58,809 bases of DNA from Chara braunii (taxonomy: Eukaryota > Plantae > Charophyceae): NCBI GenBank assembly GCA_003427395.1, contig BFEA01000002.1, positions 186,208 to 245,016 of the forward strand, written 5' to 3'. The translations under genes were made by a program, and so were the position numbers. Below the pieces are notes generated by a model. It was not told the DNA's origin. It was given only the letters and a program-made list of their open reading frames with translations, and searched no databases. Shown one piece after another: positions 24,186 to 36,301 of this stretch. Numbering within the stretch: the first letter of the stretch is position 1; every line of letters starts with the position of its first letter.

Positions 24186-25748
24186 TTTTTTTTTTTTTTT
24201 TTTTTTTGGAAGAAACACCCCGTCCAGTGATAGTGGTGCTGGCAAGGGCAGACACCACTAGCACCTTGGGAGAGGCTCCATCTATTGGTGGGGAGCATCA
24301 CCTACTGGAAAACGGGTCCAGTGTCCCATATATCAAATGAATTTGGAGTACGTCAGAAAAATGAGGAGTGAGAAATTCCTGCCAGCATTGATTGCCCTGG
24401 GAACTAGAGGATTGACTGAGCAGGAAGTTGGAAGAAGGAAGAGAACCTCTACACCCTGAGCCAGGCGCCAGATACCTGTTGCTAAAACTAGTTCCTCCCT
24501 ACCTCCACCTGCCCGTTTTACCTCCCAGGCCCACTGCTTGTTATACAATCAGAGGCTGTAGTAAGCATCCTATTACACCAAAACAAGCTGAACTGCACTT
24601 TGCCAACCTGCCAGCATTTGAGCACTGTAGAACCAGCTTTTCATCCTTGAGCTGCGCCTGCTGGAAGCCGGATCCAGCCTCCCTTGACCCTCTTTTTTTT
24701 GGGGGGGGAACCTCTTCGCTGAGAAAACCAGTTCTTCCCTCCTCCTTTTGGACTGTTGAGCCCCGTTCCCGTACTCCAAACTCTTGTCCACCTCGTGGGC
24801 GCGGACTCACTCTTTCAGGTGTTGACTGATTTCTGCAGGCCCCTGAGCCGTAAAACCTGTTTTCTCTCTTCCCTATCCCCCATACCACCCCAGTTCTACC
24901 ATACTGTTGGAGGGAAGGGGGAAGGGTTCTGGGAAGTCATTCATCGTTCTCATCGGGATTGTGGCGTCCACCTTGGTCCACTCATGGAAGATCAGCCTAT
25001 AGTCCTTGCTTTGCCCTTTCCCCTCATGATCTTTCCCCTGATCCCCATTTCTTCCTACCCGTTCCACCCTCCCCATCTTTCCCCCATATTTCCCCCCAAG
25101 CCAGCTTGCACTGAAGTCCTGAGTTTTTTTATTTATTTGTAAGTGACTGATCTGTGTTTTAGCTTCTTCCCAGTGTATTGTTATCCCTGTTTGGATTTGC
25201 TGCTGTAAGGTTTCTGTGAATTCCGGCCCTTCCAATCTCACTCCCTCCATCTTGTATGTGCAGCGGCACCTCAAAAGTGCCCATATCACTGCCCTGTGCC
25301 CCAGTTCAAAGATGTTTTGGGTGAAGGCGTCTGCTTGTTCCGCAGACCATGTTTCTATTAGTAGTGCTCTCCAGTCCCATGGCCAGTGCGTTGTTATTTC
25401 TAGCTGATTCCAGATCCTGTCCCACCAGCGCCAGAGCCAAATTGCCCCCAGACATTGCAGAAAAATGTGTTCTATTGTTTCTGGTATTTTTCTAGCTGGG
25501 AATGAACTAGAGCACAACTTGCACCAAGGCAGAGCCCGTCCGCTCTGTTCCAGGGACGTCCGGTCTATCAGCCAATCATTGGTCGGTAGGTAGCGGTGAT
25601 CCATTTGCCATTGGAGGGAAGCCAGTTTCGCAGGTTTCCTTTTGGCTAGGTGGAACCATTGACTCCCCGAAGTGATTCTTTGCTGATATTTAAGTGCTTC
25701 ATCCATCTGGCCTCTACCTGGTCTCGGAGGTTGGTTTTGGGTCGAATC
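24186..25748 (-). mobile_element. LINE copy A, 3' part: ORF2 C-terminus (zf-RVT), 3' UTR and poly(A); continues at 33393-~33850 beyond the nested LINE
   Basis: LQWQMDHRYLP..PWCKLC..ETIEHIFLQC; poly(T) 24186-24207; the reading frame ..MYRMIRP|KTNLRDQVEARW is restored by removing the insert 25749-33392 and one TSD copy. Confidence 0.9.
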
Positions 25749-26201
25749 TTTTTTTTTTTTTTTTTTTTTTTTTTCAGAATACCCGTGACATCAGATAGGA
25801 GTGATGATAAGAGCATACACTCCTACCTGACTTGCCGGGGCTCCGGTCTATTGGTGGGGAGCTGCACCTGCTGGAAATCGGGTCCAGCGTCCCATTGAAG
25901 GATAATGAGAATACAATGACATCGTGAATGTACATCACATACTGGTAACCGGGCCTAGTGCCCCACACTTTACTGCTACTGCTGCTCTGAACTATGGGTC
26001 GGGGAAATTGATGATGAAGATCAAGATGCAGTTGAAATTGATGGTAAAAATGTAGTACTGCTTTTGGTCTGATCAGAACCTCTTCACTCTTTTCCGAGCG
26101 CCAGGTTTCCTCCATAGTAATTAGTTCTGTTCCAACCATGTTAACAGATTGCACATTCCCTGCACACTCCCTGAAACTTTACCTTGCTTGCTATCCATAA
26201 C

Positions 26202-29200
26202 TTAAAACCAGGATCCATGAACAATAGACAATGGAGGAGGGGGAAAAGGGTCTGGGAATTCCAAGACAAAACGCAGGGGTACAGAAGGATCACATGATGT
26301 CCATTCCTCAAAAATAAGCTTATAATTCCTATTTATTTCTTCCTCTTCCTCTCTTGTGGCCCCTTCCCACTGTACCTTTCCCAACTTCCCCCCCTGGATT
26401 CCTCCCAACCAGTTTATATTGAATTTTTGAATATGTTTAAGAATCTCAGTCCTAGAATTTAAGAGATTTATTTTTTCTTTTGTCCGAGTCCATTTGGTGG
26501 AGATATCTGTTTGTACTTGTTGTTTAATGGTATCAGTGAACTCAGGGCCATCAAGCCTCACTCTCTCCATTTCGTGAGTGCATCTTCTAAGCCATAGGGC
26601 CCACATGACTGCTCTCCTCCCAATTGTGAACATATTTTGCGTAAATTCATCATAGGGATCTGAGGTCCATGCTTCCAAGAGGATAGCCTTCCATCCCCAT
26701 GGCCAGGGACTTTGTGGTCCTAATTGAGACCAAACACGGTCCTACCATCTCCAGAGTCAGACGGAACCAGGACATTGCATAAATATGTGCTCAATCGTTT
26801 CTCGAATCAGTCGACTAGGAAAGGCTGTTTCACAAAATTTGCACCATCTAGATGCTTTACCTGTTCATTCTAAAGAGGACCTATCCATCATCCAGTCATT
26901 TGTGGGGAGGCATCTATGTTCAATTTGCCATTGGAGTGAAACCACTTTGGCTGGTTTAGATTTCATTATATTAAACCATTTGATCGATCTTAAGTCCTCT
27001 CTACTGATGTTGAGATGATTCATCCATCTAGATGAAATTTTGTCCTTCAAATTTATTTTCACTCTTAGCATTCGATAAATTGATTTGACTGAGAGGGTGT
27101 GAAGGACTCTTTTGTTAGCTATCTTCCCTTTACCTGACAACTTCCAGGTCCAGTTGGTGATAGGTCGTACAACTCCCAAATTATGTCCCCATTTGAGAAT
27201 TTATCTAAGATATTTCCAATTTCATGAGGATGGTTTTTGGTAGCCACCCAATCGTTAATCTCTAACTTGGGTCCTTTTTGAAGAATTTGAACCCATTCCA
27301 GAGGGAATAAGTCTATGATACTCTCAACTGCTCTCTCTGGGAAATGACTATAACGGAGTCGTTCCTTCAAAAGTGATGGGTCAATCCAATTATTTGTCTG
27401 TTCATCCCATAAGTCTTTTATTCTCAGGATCTCTTTCTTGACCCAGAACTTCCAATGAGAGTCCATACAGTGAAGGACACAACCTTCAATACCTCTAATC
27501 CATCGGTTGTTGAATAGAGGCTATTGGCATACCTCTTCCCATCTGGCAGGGAAGTTCTTTTCGGTCAGGGGCAACTTTCTCCATGTTTTAAGCAAGGAAA
27601 TCCACAAAGGATCTTTGCACAAATCATTCCTAGCTGCTTGTCTATCAGAGTCAACATGCCCTACCTGGCTTTTGTGAGTGCCCCTAGGAAGGGGCCAGGA
27701 ACAATTTTCCAACCACATAATGGGATCAACCTTTTCTGGTGTTTAGGGAGCTAAACGTTTAATTTGTTTCCATGCTAGCGCTGCCCATTGAGTCTGTGGA
27801 TTAAATATGAGACATTTTATCCATTGAATAGATAAAGCCATAGCTTGGGTTGCTGGGTCAATAACCCCTAGCCCCTCTTTAATCTTGGGTTGGATTATCG
27901 ATTGCCAGACCACTCTATTAATCACATTCTTATATTCATGATTGCCTCTCCATAGGAAAGTTGTTAATTGTTGTCGGAATATTTTGAGTGCTGCCTTGTC
28001 TAAAGGCCAGATAGCGGACTTGTACCAGATTGAAGCAAGGATAACATTATTAATAACCAAGGTACGTCCAAGTATTGAGGAGTGCTTATTCTTCCATAAT
28101 TCCATCTTGGTAAGGGCATTTTGAGTAATCCATTCATTATTAGTTTTAGGTTTTTCATCAGCTGAGAGAGAGATTCCCAATACCCTAATAGGAGTGTCTA
28201 GAGGAAGCCACTTGACCCGGGGTTGTTCTGGGGGTCTGCCTCCTTGATGATGAATCCACCACCCCAATGTCTTGTTTCCCCAATTAATCTTCATATCAGA
28301 TATTATCCATCAATTTTTGAATTTTTTCTAAATTTGTTTGAGATGCCTCTATCATAAGAGAGAGGTCATCAACAAAAATGGAGCAGATTGGAATAACATC
28401 TTCTGGTATTGAGGATACCTGGATACGCTTGATGTCTTTATGATATCGAAGATTCACTGCTAAGACTTCCATTATAATCACAAACAAGTAAGGAGCAATT
28501 GGATCCCCTTGTCTGACTAATCTTTGCAGGGGGATAGGTGGCGCCACGTTGCCATTAACCATGACTCTGCTCGTGGCATTACCATGAAGGATCTGAATCC
28601 ATCTCCGAAAGCAAGGGTCAAAGTCAAATTTCTCTAGACACTTATCAAGAAAGTACCAATCCACATGATCATATGCTTTTTCAAAATCAATAAAAATGAA
28701 AGCGACATTATGTTTGGATTAACGAGATAGTTTAATCAGTTCATTTATCAGAAGTACATTATCTTGAATATTTCTTCCATTAATGAAACCAGTTTGCGCC
28801 GGATGTATAATATCTGTGATAACTTTCGATAGATGATCGGCTAAGGCTTTAGCTACCAGTTTGTATACGACTGTTAGTAATGTAATAGGCCAATAATTAC
28901 GGATATTAGTCTTCGCTCCTTTCTTGTAAAGAAGAGTTAAGACCCCTTGACCCACTATCCCTCCCATTTCACCTGAGTTCCAGACTGTTTGGTAATAGTC
29001 CATTAGGTTTTGTGAAAGGGAGTCCCATAGCGTTTTTCAAAATTCCTTTGGAAGACCATCAATCCCTGGAGTTTTCTCTTCTTCCACTAACATTAATGCC
29101 GTCCATATTTCCTCTTTGGTAAGGGGTGCTTCCATTGATTCTTTTTGTTCTTCTGATAATGTTTTAGTAAGAGGTATTAAAAATTCCTCTACTTCCTTGG

Positions 29201-30626
29201 TTCTTAAATCCATTGGGATATCCTTGTTTCCATATGCGAAGAGATCCTTAAAAAAGTCTCGAGCTAGTTTAGTAGATGCCGCAGTTGTGGTAACCCATGG
29301 AGCATCCTTATTGAAAGGATCTTCTAAAGCTTCAATTATCGTTTTACCCGTTCTTGCTCTGGCCATTGCAAAGAAACATGCGTCCATTGATCCTTCCATA
29401 TTGTGACGTCGTAGCTTACCCCTGATTCTCAGACCTTACCACTTATACTCCATTTGGGTCAGTAGTTGTTCCTCCAATTCTTGTATTTCATTGGCTAATG
29501 TCTCTAAGACTTCTCGATCTTCTGACTCTGTTTCAATTTGTTGAAGCTCTTAAAGTCTATTGTGTAGTTGCGTTTCTTTTAAATATCTCCGTGATGCCAA
29601 CATCTTGGAATATTCATTGCATTTACGGCCTAAAAATATTAGGCCGTTATTGAACCATTCTATATCATATTTGATATGACACCTTTGGCTCTTCAAAAAT
29701 TTCCATACCTCCTGAAGATAACTTACAAAACAATCCATTTTTAGATGGGACGTGTTTAGTTTATAATATCCTCTTCCTTGGTCTGGTTTCTTACGAAATG
29801 AGAATATAGCTACAAACATGGCATGATCTAGTCCCGGATAAGGACTTCTAGGAAATATTTCTGCAATTTGCAAGGCCCCTTGTAGCTCCTGAGACACAAG
29901 AATAAGGTCAATACAAGATTTCGTAGTTTGTCTTGACCGACCTTTCCTAAAGTAGGTAAAAGTTTTGGATGTGGGACGCAACCTTCTATATGAGTCATAA
30001 AGATTAAGTGTGTGGCATAAATTGGCTACCAATAGTTCGTCTGATTCAACATAAGAGGGGGATGGGATATGCCACCGATCCAGATGCCGGTCGGGAGCCG
30101 CGTTAAAGTCCCCTTCAATGATTACCGGAATTCCTACCGGGAGGCGCGGGAAGATGTTGTTAAAAAATTCTTGACGTTCGCCAACTTCATTTGGTCCATA
30201 TACACACAGAATACTGACAACTTCTAACTCAATTATCGCTAAAATGTATACCCATCTCCCCTGCACTAAATCTGCTTCCCGGTTAATCACTTCCACCTTG
30301 GAGTCAGGAGAAACCCAAATAGCTACATCAGCACTACCCGGATTGGGGGCGTGAGCTCTATACGATTGATGTTGCCAAAGATTTTTGTGGCAATAGTTAT
30401 GAGCGTCTGTGTTCATTAGGTGAGTTTCTTGGATGCATATAACGTCAGGTCATTCTCTACTTTCTACTCCTTTGAGTTGATCAAATATAGCTTGTTTTTT
30501 ATTTTGTTTGGCCGACGCCAGTCCATTCACATTCAAGGACCTAAGATCTAAATCAGCGTTTCTCTTCAGAATCTTCCAATCTTTGTCCTTATTGTATAGT
30601 ACATCAATCACCTTGATTCCTTCCAT
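26202..30626 (-). pseudogene. LINE B ORF2 (APE endonuclease - RT - zf-RVT), multiple stops and frameshifts
   Basis: ATG at 30626; SLNVNGL, ICIQETH, GDFNA, DHAMF; KTPGIDGLPKEF, FIDFEKAYDHV, VRQGDPIAPYLF, FVDDL; HRCLPT..C..C..ETIEHIFMQC. Confidence 0.93.
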
Positions 30627-30688
30627 TTACTTTTTCATGTATCTTAGTAACCTGCTTGAGTGAGTGATCTATCTGGAAAACAACATCC

Positions 30689-33392
30689 TCACAGATCTTT
30701 CCAATTGCTTGATTCCAGGATCCCACATGCCTTAAGAGTACCTAGACTCATAAGGCGAAATAAGATCGTACACACATCCATTTCAGACATGAACTTGCTT
30801 GGTTTAATTTTCAGTAATTGAATGTCCTTCAGATTCTCGCTTTCGAACCAACGGAGGTCAATCTGTTTCGAGGACTCATACTTGAGGTACACATCCCTTT
30901 CAGCAATTCTATATGGCTCCGATGCTAAGGTTAGTGTTGCTACTCCTCCCGGGGGGAACTGTTCCTTAATAAGTTTCATTACATCTGATTTAATTAAGGA
31001 GTCTCCAACTATTCCTCTTGTAAGGGAAGACAATGAGAGGAATGAGTAACTGATTCCCTGCACCGTCACTTCACCGTATGAGGACTCGGGTATTTCTGAA
31101 AGACCCACCTCCCAACCCCCTTCTTTACATCGCACTGGGAGGACCACAATCCCTGTCTTGGAGAGCTTGTATGTCTCAGGCTTTATGGTGAGATACTGCC
31201 AGAGTTTCAGACGCTTACTAGTTACTTCTGGGATCCGTGTGATTGGGGACTGTGATTCCAAACTTTCCTGTTCTTGCTGGCCATCATCTGTGAGATCAAT
31301 CATCTTTACTATCTGATCAGTCTGAATCCCTTCAATAACTATATTGTTGTCTTTCTCGCTAGCTGTTTGTTGTTGGATAGCCATCGGATTTTTCGAGTAT
31401 TGAGTAAGAAGAAGAAATTTCCGTTCCCCCGTTAACTCGGAAATGATTTCCTTGAGTTTTCTTGTTCCTTCAGGTTTTACAGACTTGTTGGGATACAAAT
31501 CTTCATCAGGAATCAAAATCTTCCTTGAATTTGTGAGTCAACAATATCCTTCCCTACAATTCTGCCCACTTCCTCATTTCCTTCACAGTCTTCACTTTCC
31601 TTCTTTTTTGTATCGGATAAGACCGAAATATCTTCTTCCTTTGGCTTGATCCCTTCTTTTGACTCTGGGGGACCAGCACATAGTTGCTCTGTGAGTCCGA
31701 AGGCTGTGAACTTTCAAAAAAACAGTATCCTTGGCTCATCACTGGTTGAGGTGCCTCTGTTTCCAAGGAAACATCCATGTTTAATGCCGATAGAGAAGGA
31801 GCTATGGGAGAGTGGGAAGAGTCCTTTCACTGTGTGCTAAGACTGTTGTCACTATTGTTGTGAATAGAGACTGTGCTCATCTGCTACACAGCGATCTCTT
31901 GTGTCCCATTCCCCTCTTGCTGACTGTTGGAACAACCTGCAGATTGGGAGCTTGAAAACTCGATCAGAATAGAGTCCGAATGTATTCTTTCCTCTTGTTT
32001 GTGTTCCTGGGAACCCAACTGTAAAGTTAGCATCTCTGATTGCTTGTCAATAATCTTATTCTTAATCGTTCTGTGATTCTTTTTTTTTTTTTTTCCCTTT
32101 TTTTGGAGTCAAGGCTAAGTGGCTAAGTTTTTTCTGCCTTAACAGGGACTTGTAGGCCAGGGTACCAAGGTAAATGCTATCATTTCGACTTCCGTTAACT
32201 TTTCTTCTACCCCTTTTTGAGGTATCCTCAGGCTTCTTCTCCTGTTCCCCTCCCTTTCTTGCTAGTTGTTTGAGCTTTCTCAGTCCCTTACTTACTTTAG
32301 GCAGAAATCTATTCTGTTGTTCGCTTTCATCTGCTGAAATTGAGTGTTGAGCACTCAACTGCACATCCCTTTGTTGGAGGGTCAAGAAACCAGTGTCTCC
32401 CTCCAAAAACATGGGATTGAAACGTGTGGCTACAATGCCAAACAACCTATTGCAGATATCTGCCCAATCAGTCCCTGGTAGAGGACCGTACTGCAACTGC
32501 ATCACAAGTTTCAGACTGTCACTGTTGACAAAAATAGACATTAACTGCTTGTGAATGCATAGCCAATACTCCTCTTCCACATTGGGAAATTTAATCTTAA
32601 AGTTAGTCAAGATCCAATCAACTGGTTTAGTGAGTTATGTGTGCAGGGTAGATATCGGCTCCATGTTGGTCCCTTGCGGAAACAACGTTGAGAGGGGGGA
32701 GGCTGCTACTGGAGTTTTTTCCACCTCCATCGGTTCTGTTTCAAAAGAATCTTTGAGCAGATCTAACTCCATTTGGTGAAGGGAACAGTCTTATGTGGGT
32801 GTGACGACCTCTTCTTTCCCAGCAACAGAAAGTTCCACAGTTCCGGTCTCCTGTGTCAATGGGTGCTCTAGCTGCATTGGCTGTTCTGGTGGTAGAGGAG
32901 ACGGTTGAGAAGGAGATTTCTGTTTTTGTGTTCCTCCTTTCCTTCTTACTACCTTCCACTCCAAATTACCGTTCTTAGGCATATAGGCCGTCGGGGAGGG
33001 ACCAATAAATCTTATATTACCATTCTTTTGGTTGGTTCGTTCCTGTTCCGCAGGTAAGTTATGCTGCATTTCTTGGATTGAACCTTTCTCTGCATTCGGC
33101 GCATTATGCTTGCTGTGTGAATTCTCCTTTATTGCCTTCGTTTCCCCTGGTTTGGCCGTCCCATAAGTCCCAGCTGTCCCTGTGGACCTTGTTGTTCCTG
33201 CAGTTCCGTTGGTTTTAGGCTGATGGGATTGTTGGATCTGTTGGGGTTGTCCCCCTCTTCCTCCTCGAGTCTGAATGGGGGGTTGCAACTGTTGCTGCAT
33301 TGGGGAGGACTGAGGAGGTATCCAATCTACAGGCGGTCGAGGAGATTTTCGAAGATCACCTCTACCCTCCCAACTCCAGCCTATTGGTTGGC
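30689..33392 (-). pseudogene. LINE B ORF1 remnant (C-terminal part)
   Basis: Blocks homologous to copy G ORF1: WEGRGD.R..RPPV, W.L...K.KF...EE.W...W..IC.RL..IV..RF.P, LK..I.ELTGE.KFLL.TQ, LPVR.K.G.WEVGLSE. Confidence 0.8.
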
Positions 33393-33850
33393 TGGGTCGA
33401 ATCATTCTATACATTGACTTGACTGACATGCTGTGTAACGTTTGGGTGCTTGACTTCCTTTTTCCCCCCAACCCCGTCCATGACCACTCCATCGGGTCAA
33501 GAGATAGCTGCGCGATCGGGGTGTCGGGGGAGAAGGCCACCCATTTATCTCCCTCCACAAGCACTCTAGTTCGCGACAGTTCTTCTTCCTGGTAGCAGCA
33601 TGTCTCTTCTGGGGTGGGTCTATGGAGAGTCTTATCCCGACTTATTTTAAATATGTCCACAGTCATCGGGCCTTTTGGGTTGCAACATACCACCTTTCCC
33701 ATTACCCCTTTGCTACCATGGATCTGCACCCAATCTGTTTCTTGTAAAGTGGGCTCTTTCCTGAGGATTTTCCACCAGCTCAGGGGGATCCTTTAAACTA
33801 TCTCCTCGAGAGCCAATTCCAGTCTATGGTTGTATTGTTTTCTGTGATCG
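33393..33850 (-). mobile_element. LINE copy A, 5' remaining part (ORF2 post-RT region)
   Basis: IPLSWWKILRK.P.L...DWV, RTRVLVEGDKWVAF..LSLDPMEWSW, homologous to copies B and G. 5' boundary approximate. Confidence 0.85.
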
Positions 33851-36169
33851 CACGACTTTCTGCGAGAAGCTACTTGGGGGAATGCGACGGGTCGAAGGGG
33901 TGAGCTGTGGAAAAATGGGTCGGGCGGGCTAGTTGTATGGATGCCCCCGTTTCTTTTCGTTTTCTGTTGGAAGTTGTCAGATCGGTGTCGGGAAAATCCC
34001 GTACCAACGGTTGGGTGGTCACGCTATGATGGGCTCGAGAAATAACTGTACCATAGCTTCTTTCTTGTTTTGCTGTGAGCACTGGGGATTTTTGGCGCGA
34101 TCATCACGTGGGAATATCGTTTTTGAATTTTCAAATGATGGGCTCGCAGATTTGTTTTTCTTTCTGCCTTTTCGGAATTTCTCTTTGCAATTAGGACTTA
34201 GGATAGGAATTTAGGTATTCTGAATTTTGCTGCGCCGCGCTTGTGCGCATCTTGCTGCGCTCGGAACAGGGTTCTGACTAGATTGCGCCCTTAATCTTGT
34301 GTAATTGTCGTTTTTGGCGGGCGCGATTGCAACTGTATCTTTCTTCTTTCTTGGGTTCCCTCGTGTTTACCCGCCTTCTCCTTCTTCCTCACCACGCATA
34401 CTCTGTTCTAATTGGCCGGAGCACCTGCATGACCGGATCGATGCGTGGAGTGTGGCTACGACCCCCACGCCGCGGCCTGTCCATGCAGATGTAGGCAATT
34501 CCTCTTTTCTCCTATTGTCCACCTGCGCAATGAGGTTCTTTTCGTTGTTTTCTTCTTTTCCTCTGTTCCTCTGTATAATTTTGAATCCGGATATGATCGA
34601 TTTTATCGCAGCCTTCTTTTGGACTTCTTTTGTAAATCGTCTCAGATCTTCCTTGTTAGTTGTATTTTTGTATGTATGCATGGAATGAATGTGAGTCCCC
34701 TTTACTAGCGATCCTTTCGGATTTTTCACCCTTGTTTGGCGATGTCCGTTTCAACTCTGTCTACTACTCATTTGCGTGAGCCATACGCTCAATTATGGAT
34801 GTTTTGGTTTAGTCGTTAACTTTCGATCAACACGAGTGCTATAAGAAGTTGATGATCCTTTCTCTTCTTCCCCTCCCCCTCTTCCCTCCTTTGGTCACAT
34901 GTATGATATGTGATGACTGGAGCTTACCCGATGCCGCAGGGATAAGATATCTGCATGCATGTTGAATGCGATCGACCCGCTGAACCTCCCCGTTGTTTCC
35001 CACGTGCATGCTCGCGTACGACCGCGATCTCGAGGAAACCGAGTCGCTACGTACTCGCTCGCCCGCGTGAGTCAGCCCGGAGCTCCGTATGAGGATGTAG
35101 GGGAACGAACTTTCTAAACGGACATGGCTGCAGAATTTCCCTCTAGGATGTCCAATCGTGAGAGTTTGAGGGACCCGGAAAACCGCGAGTACCGGAAAGG
35201 TTAACAACTCCCACGGCGGGGGAACTTGAGAAACTCGGAATTCCCCTGTCTAACAGAAAATGACCGATTATGCATAAGGGATTTTCACTGTGCCATAACT
35301 AACGACCCCAGGGGCCCCGTACAAACTCACGCAATATTTCATATCCCCCGGCTTCGTCGTTATCGCTACCAATTTCCCTCCCTTCCATCTCCTCCTCCCA
35401 TACCACCAACTCACGGTGGTACCGTGGAATTCCATAGCCCCGTATTGACCCCACACGCCGTGCAGAAATTGCAGGCGGCGCGGCAACCGCCGAGCCTCTG
35501 GAATTACGGAACCTAGCCATAACGCGCGATGTCAATTGCCACGTGTCCACACCCGGAGGTCCAACCCATAGAAATCGCAACCCTCACGGATCGGACGGTC
35601 CAAGATGCACCGCGCCTGCCATCTGCCTTATGCTGCACGACCTCGACCACCATCAGACCGAAAGTAACCCGTCCCTTAGCCTCATTGCACCTATGCCCCT
35701 GGAACCTTGCCACAAGAGATCTCAGTTCTGACCTGGGACTCCCCGCCCAATTTTCCAAAAATCCTTGGCACACCCCTTTTCGCACTTCCAGGCCCACATC
35801 CCACTTCGATCAGGAAGTCGCGCCGGGCGTGATGTTGGGCATCACAGGGCTGCCGTCTCAAGGGTTTTGTGGAACAAAAAAACGAGTTAGGGGAACTTAA
35901 TCAACCTTTGTGAGTTAAGGTGCCCTTGAAACTCAAGTATTTTCAACTGGTGTCGAACGAGGCCCTAAGACATGGAACCAATCTTGAGCATAGGCATATC
36001 TAATGATGATTCCGCTCACAATGTCTAAGTTATTGTGAGAATGTTTGAATTCCCGAAGTGTCGTTGTACTTGAATTTCTAAGGGTCCTGTTGTGGGGATG
36101 GAAGTGATGAGATCCAGACAACATGTGATGAGCAGGTGATTGATCTCATGACCTCTGACCCTCAAAGTC

Positions 36170-36301
36170 TTTTTTTTTTTTTTTTTTTTTGAGAAACAAC
36201 CCAAGAAGATGCTAGGGATGCTGGTAAGAGCAGGCACCACTAACACTGTCGGGGAGGTTCCATCTATTGGTGGGGAGCAGCACCTGCTGGGAAGCGGGTC
36301 T
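36170..36301 (-). mobile_element. LINE 3'-tail-only fragment (copy C) with poly(A)
   Basis: Poly(T) 36170-36190 followed by the conserved tail (..ccatctattggtggggagcagcacctgctggga..). Confidence 0.8.

Larger units (their letters stand above)
25749..33392 (-). mobile_element. LINE copy B (L1/Tx1-like, ~7.6 kb, 5'-truncated in ORF1) nested in copy A
   Basis: Poly(T) 25749-25774; TSD TGGGTCGAATC at 25738-25748 and 33393-33403; ORF1 and ORF2 remnants in order. Confidence 0.93.

Noticed and set aside
25775-25893. Tail motif as a known self-cleaving ribozyme (HDV-like, hammerhead, twister) or ENE
   Set aside because: No CUGANGA/GAAA core, no HDV nested double-pseudoknot order, no twister consensus and no U-rich internal loop.
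32791-33729. 312-aa ORF as a novel gene
   Set aside because: Chimera of host LINE ORF2 and nested LINE ORF1 across the TSD junction.
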